This document shows, piece by piece, positions 59,848 through 64,000 of a DNA stretch of 64,000 bases (the stretch's first letter is position 1; each line of letters starts with the position of its first letter). The stretch is from contig JAANOX010000234.1 in NCBI GenBank assembly GCA_020184695.1, forward strand, positions 21,455 through 85,454. The letters run 5' to 3'. Made by a program: the position numbers and the translations under genes. Under the pieces are notes generated by a model. The model worked only from the letters and a program-made list of their open reading frames with translations, was not told the DNA's origin and made no database searches. The DNA is from Histomonas meleagridis 2922-C6/04-290x (Eukaryota; Protista; Parabasalia).

Positions 59848-62424
59848 ATGGATAATTACCGATTGCCTGTATCTGTTACTGATCTATATGGTAAATGGAA
59901 GTACATATCATCCGCAATAATTAATGAAGGACCTTTAAAAATATTACCAGAAATCAACATTCCAAAAGATGAAGATTTTTCTTGTCCTGGATTTTCACCA
60001 GAGTTTATAGAAGATGGGTCAAGTGAAAATTCTCTATGCCAATTATTTATTATTTCATTCAATGGTAAATTTGAGATGGCAGATATTAAAAAAATCAAAG
60101 AATGGAGAGACGATAATCCAGACAAAGGTCTCTTAACAATTATTTTAGTTTTAGCTAAGTCACAATGGTCATTTACAACTCAACGTTCCAAAATTGAAGC
60201 CAGATTTTCACAATATGTCGAGAATTCAGACATTGTCATTGGTAAATATTACTTAGATGATTGTATGATTTCAGATTCCGACATAAAACAATTCCATACA
60301 TCACTTCAAAATACTCTTAAAAATACATATCAAAAATATATTCTTTCACTTCAAGCAATTTCGAGAGCCCTTGAAGACCAAGACCCGCGCCATGCTGAAG
60401 TCTCGCGAAATCTTGCCAATTTTTATCAAATCTTCGGATATTTCTCTGCATCAAAACTCCTCAATAGAATCATTATAAGTTCAATATCTCTTCCGTTCTG
60501 GCCAGAAGTTCCCGAACTATATGATTTCCGCAAACCCAATCCGAATTTTTCTTGCAAATCTGGATTTGATATTCTCAACTCATCACTTCATGGAATTTTC
60601 AAATCATCGCAAACACTCTTAAGCATTCAAGAGCTTAGTCAAGACATTACATGGGTATTTGCAATTACTCTACAAAATTGTACTAATTTTGATCAAGAAG
60701 TATTTGCGAGATATTGGATTTATAATAACGCATTTTCATTTCTTGAATATATTGAATCATATGACAATGATACAAAAGCAACTGTTGAGAGAACATTTTC
60801 TGAAATAATATTGACTCAGATGCGATTCATAATGAATTCCAAAATTGACTTAAGTAGTCCATTCTTCCACTCAATTGTTACAAGTTCGATTCCTATAATT
60901 GATGCAAAAGATCGAGAAAACAGATTTTTAAGCTGTTTAGACAAAAATAAAAAATTATTCGACGCCAAAAACCATCAAACGTTTTTTTCCGCCATCAAAT
61001 TTCTATACCTTATGCAAAAAGACGATACGAAAAGTGCGCTTGATTTAGAACCACTTAAACTTAAGACAAACAAAAACAATATGAATTATATTGTTGAAGA
61101 AATTATACTTGAATCACTATTTAATAATCCGAAGACATTAAATACTAATGTTGCATCAATGTTATTAGAACGAAATGGAACAGAAACTCTTAAACTTAAA
61201 GCATTTGAATATTTATCTAATTACGATACGAGTCTTTCACCACAAATTCCAATTGATCCAATACTTCATTTATCCGAATTTTATAAGGAACATGAATTAT
61301 TTGAAAACGTTTCATTCGATTTATCAATAAAACTTCCAAATTGGTTAAATGGAATCGAATTAGAAACTTGGATCGAAATGAAATCGAAAGAATGTACACT
61401 TAAAAGTGATATTACCAAAATTATAGTGTCGAAATATGATAATATGAAGCCGACAATATTTTGTAAGCAGTCGGGAACATTCGATAAAATGATTTTAATG
61501 ATTCGTTACAAGTCTTTAATACTTTGGTGGAATTTGCCAATTAAAATGCCATTAATTGTTATGGAATCTTCGGTTCCTCCAACATTTAACTTCAAATCTC
61601 CATTTTTATTGTGTTATGGCCAATTGCATTCATCATTATTAATCACAACAATTCATGACACTTCTTGCACAAAATTAACGTTCAAATTTAAGATGGAAAC
61701 GTTAAAGGAAATTCAATTGATCGAAGACGATAACAAATACGTTAAATTTGATCCAAACGATATAATAACCGTCACACAATTTTCGGCTAAAATCAAAATA
61801 CGTTTAATTTATGTTTTTAAAGAAAATTCTTCATTTTATATCGAATGTTCAACAGAACATAGAGATGGGGAAGTTGTAACTTATTCAAATCATTATGATT
61901 TCCCTTCTTTTGTTCCAATAACTGTACATTTATTTAAGCAAACACAGAAATATCATCAATTCCAAATATATAACCCTTTCCCACAAAGTTTTACATTCGA
62001 ACATAATGGTAATCAACATAAATTACCACCAATTTCGACATATTATATAATTAGAGAACTTTCGGATGAACCGTTAAAGTTAACGTACTACGAAAACGGT
62101 TGGGAGGGGTACCCCGTGGAAATCACAACTTCACACTTTAAACTCCTGAATAAAAATGTACAAATAGAAACAGATAACTTGCCTTGGATCGTTGGACAGC
62201 CTAAGATCGTCAAAATAAATCCGCCTGCATCACCAATGGTAGAAAAGACAGATCATTGGGTTGTTGCACAACAAGATGACGTCGGAAGTTGCCACTGCAT
62301 GATACCAACATTCCCAGGAAGAATTAGGTTCCCGAAGTTCCAGGCGCACCAGCAGATTGTCGAGTGCTCACCAAAATATATTGATATCCTTCCAGATACT
62401 GCCCCAGCATATAACGTTGTTTAA
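59848..62424 (+). CDS. Hypothetical protein, possibly TRAPPC10/Trs130-like
   Basis: 858-aa intact ORF. The N-terminal alpha/beta segment (LCQLFIISF...IKKIKEWRD...LTIILV) and the C-terminal MIPTFPGRIRFP resemble Trs130; weak by-eye match. Confidence 0.45.
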   Translation: MDNYRLPVSVTDLYGKWKYISSAIINEGPLKILPEINIPKDEDFSCPGFSPEFIEDGSSENSLCQLFIISFNGKFEMADIKKIKEWRDDNPDKGLLTIILVLAKSQWSFTTQRSKIEARFSQYVENSDIVIGKYYLDDCMISDSDIKQFHTSLQNTLKNTYQKYILSLQAISRALEDQDPRHAEVSRNLANFYQIFGYFSASKLLNRIIISSISLPFWPEVPELYDFRKPNPNFSCKSGFDILNSSLHGIFKSSQTLLSIQELSQDITWVFAITLQNCTNFDQEVFARYWIYNNAFSFLEYIESYDNDTKATVERTFSEIILTQMRFIMNSKIDLSSPFFHSIVTSSIPIIDAKDRENRFLSCLDKNKKLFDAKNHQTFFSAIKFLYLMQKDDTKSALDLEPLKLKTNKNNMNYIVEEIILESLFNNPKTLNTNVASMLLERNGTETLKLKAFEYLSNYDTSLSPQIPIDPILHLSEFYKEHELFENVSFDLSIKLPNWLNGIELETWIEMKSKECTLKSDITKIIVSKYDNMKPTIFCKQSGTFDKMILMIRYKSLILWWNLPIKMPLIVMESSVPPTFNFKSPFLLCYGQLHSSLLITTIHDTSCTKLTFKFKMETLKEIQLIEDDNKYVKFDPNDIITVTQFSAKIKIRLIYVFKENSSFYIECSTEHRDGEVVTYSNHYDFPSFVPITVHLFKQTQKYHQFQIYNPFPQSFTFEHNGNQHKLPPISTYYIIRELSDEPLKLTYYENGWEGYPVEITTSHFKLLNKNVQIETDNLPWIVGQPKIVKINPPASPMVEKTDHWVVAQQDDVGSCHCMIPTFPGRIRFPKFQAHQQIVECSPKYIDILPDTAPAYNVV

Positions 62425-63347
62425 AATAAATGTATCAATAAAACTTTCTATGTGAACAAATGAAATTTCATTTTAATTAAATGTTATGTTAAAAATCAAT
62501 TTTTTTGCTCGTTGAAAAACACAAAAGTATACTTAATAAGACAGTGTCAACCAACTTTCCCTCTTATAGATTTATTTTAAATTTTAAAATTATTTGTAAT
62601 ATGCTTAGTACATTCTAGTATATAACATATAATGACAGCAGACACATTTTTATGAAGATAAAATATTTTTTTAGAAATTTCCATTTAAATTTGTATACGA
62701 TACAATACACTTTTTGAACTCAAAATGATCGTCTAGGTCGAAACAACACAATCCATCAATCAGCCACATCTAAGCCAGAGGCTTACACACTCAAGCATGA
62801 TTAAAGAAATATTGAAATATAGTTTTACTTACTGTTTAATTTCGTATAATACCTGGAAGCAATGTTTCTTCCAAATTTATTAGTCAATCTGTGTTTGATT
62901 GCCAATAAATGAACATTTTTCATAAAGAGAATTTTTAATTCTATTTTCATAATCGAAATTCGGTTGTGCTGAAAATTTTCTGAGTTTCCGAATGAAGCTC
63001 AGTTCATAACCCTCGGGACGAACTTTTTCAAATTGAACTCAAAAGCATTAAAATGTGTCCCAACCGCCTGAATGAAGATTGTATATTATTCCACTGTTTA
63101 AATGATAAAAAATAAAATTTTAATTAAAATTTTTGTTTTTATTTATTAGTATGTTCGATGGTCGAAACTTAAGTTTCCTTTTTAAATATAAAATGGTTTT
63201 GGCATCTGTGCTTTTTTTAACAGTTTTTGAGGTTACAGATTACAGATGTTTATCCTCATATCATAATACCACAGATTAATGTGTACCTTATTTGAATTGG
63301 CTTTCACTAATAGGTTAAAATAATAAATGGATTCTTCTACAAATCGT

Positions 63348-64000
63348 TCAATTTTCATATTTCTTCAATTTATTCCAAATGTAATTGTTTCCATTTTTGA
63401 TGGATTTTATGTATAATGAAATAAGTTTCTTTTTTCCGTTGAGGCTTTCGCCTTTCAGGCTGATACAAGATTTGAGTCTTGCATCAAAAAAATTTAGCAG
63501 CAAATTAATAGTACTAATTGGAATATTGTCCCAAACTTCTGATGCAGCAAGATAGAGATCTTCTGCAATGTTGTTAATTTTTTGAGTTTGTAGCCTGGAT
63601 ATAAGGATCGCCCTTTCATTCAGAAAAAGTTTTGTGAACTTTGCTTTGTGCAAGCTGGCCCCTTCCTGCTGAAATATGTAACATTTCGGACCAAATCTGT
63701 CATTGAGTTTTTCAAAAATTTGGTTTTCTGCCAGCAGTTTTTGGTACTTTTCAGCATCTAAATTTTCATCAATTTCACTAACTTACTCTTAAAATCCTTG
63801 CCGATACAGGCCCAAACCATAATTTTAATGGGGCATCTCTTTTTCATAAAACTGCTCATCAAAATCGAGTAAAGGATGAACACGAACCTTTTTTCTAGAG
63901 GGTTCAAGAGAAATAATCGATTCATCTGAAAAAATTCAAGGTAATAAGTAGTAAAAAGTTAGAGGGATTTCCTGAACACACACACACAGCGCTATTGAAG
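63348..64000 (-). mobile_element. Degenerate Tc1/mariner (IS630-Tc1-mariner) transposase, truncated by the window edge
   Basis: FSDES (63924-63926 Asp), IMVWACIG, NLDAEKYQKLL, FQQEGASLH, WDNIP...RLKSCI; at least two frameshifts; the WPxxSPDLNPIE motif is absent. Confidence 0.85.

Noticed and set aside
62700-63100. Coding-looking minus-strand relic next to the transposon
   Set aside because: Many stops and no recognisable motif; cannot be supported as a pseudogene.
1-64000. Spliceosomal introns
   Set aside because: No trichomonad-type GTAYGT...ACTAAC-ACACAG or short TCTAAC..AACAG pair was found at any gene break. The ACTAACAG at about 9266 is intergenic with too short a branch-to-AG distance. 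The scan was by eye only.

Overview
AT-rich, intron-free, gene-dense eukaryotic genomic DNA. It is almost certainly from a parabasalid (trichomonad): there are BspA-like LRR genes, Inr/M2/M3/M5 core-promoter motifs just upstream of ATG, and a divergent P2 C-terminus. The species cannot be determined from this window. Tightly packed housekeeping genes include RPT1 (partial), a GOST-type 7TM protein, a BTB protein, a formin, RPLP2, a SAS-4/CPAP-like gene, a Rab, TOP2, RPS21, a DnaJ, two kinases, a GT31, a PX protein, a TRAPPC10-like gene and two tRNAs. These alternate with AT-rich islands carrying surface-protein genes at different stages of decay (three BspA, one CAP-domain, one DUF5057-like), and there is a Tc1/mariner relic at the right edge. 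Best leads: (1) an Spt5 homologue in which the KOW2-KOW3 region appears replaced by about 1,700 aa of low-complexity sequence containing two tandem-repeat arrays; (2) a giant coiled-coil protein with a gapless match to the centrosomin CM1/gamma-TuNA motif, near a SAS-4 homologue; (3) unrelated, partly bacterial-type ectodomains grafted onto one shared stalk/TM anchor cassette; (4) an MLKL-like helical bundle-kinase-ARM protein; (5) sharp GC-rich tracts inside AT-rich genes. Several 1-nt homopolymer frameshifts suggest residual assembly error. All homology calls are by eye from remembered family motifs; no search was run.
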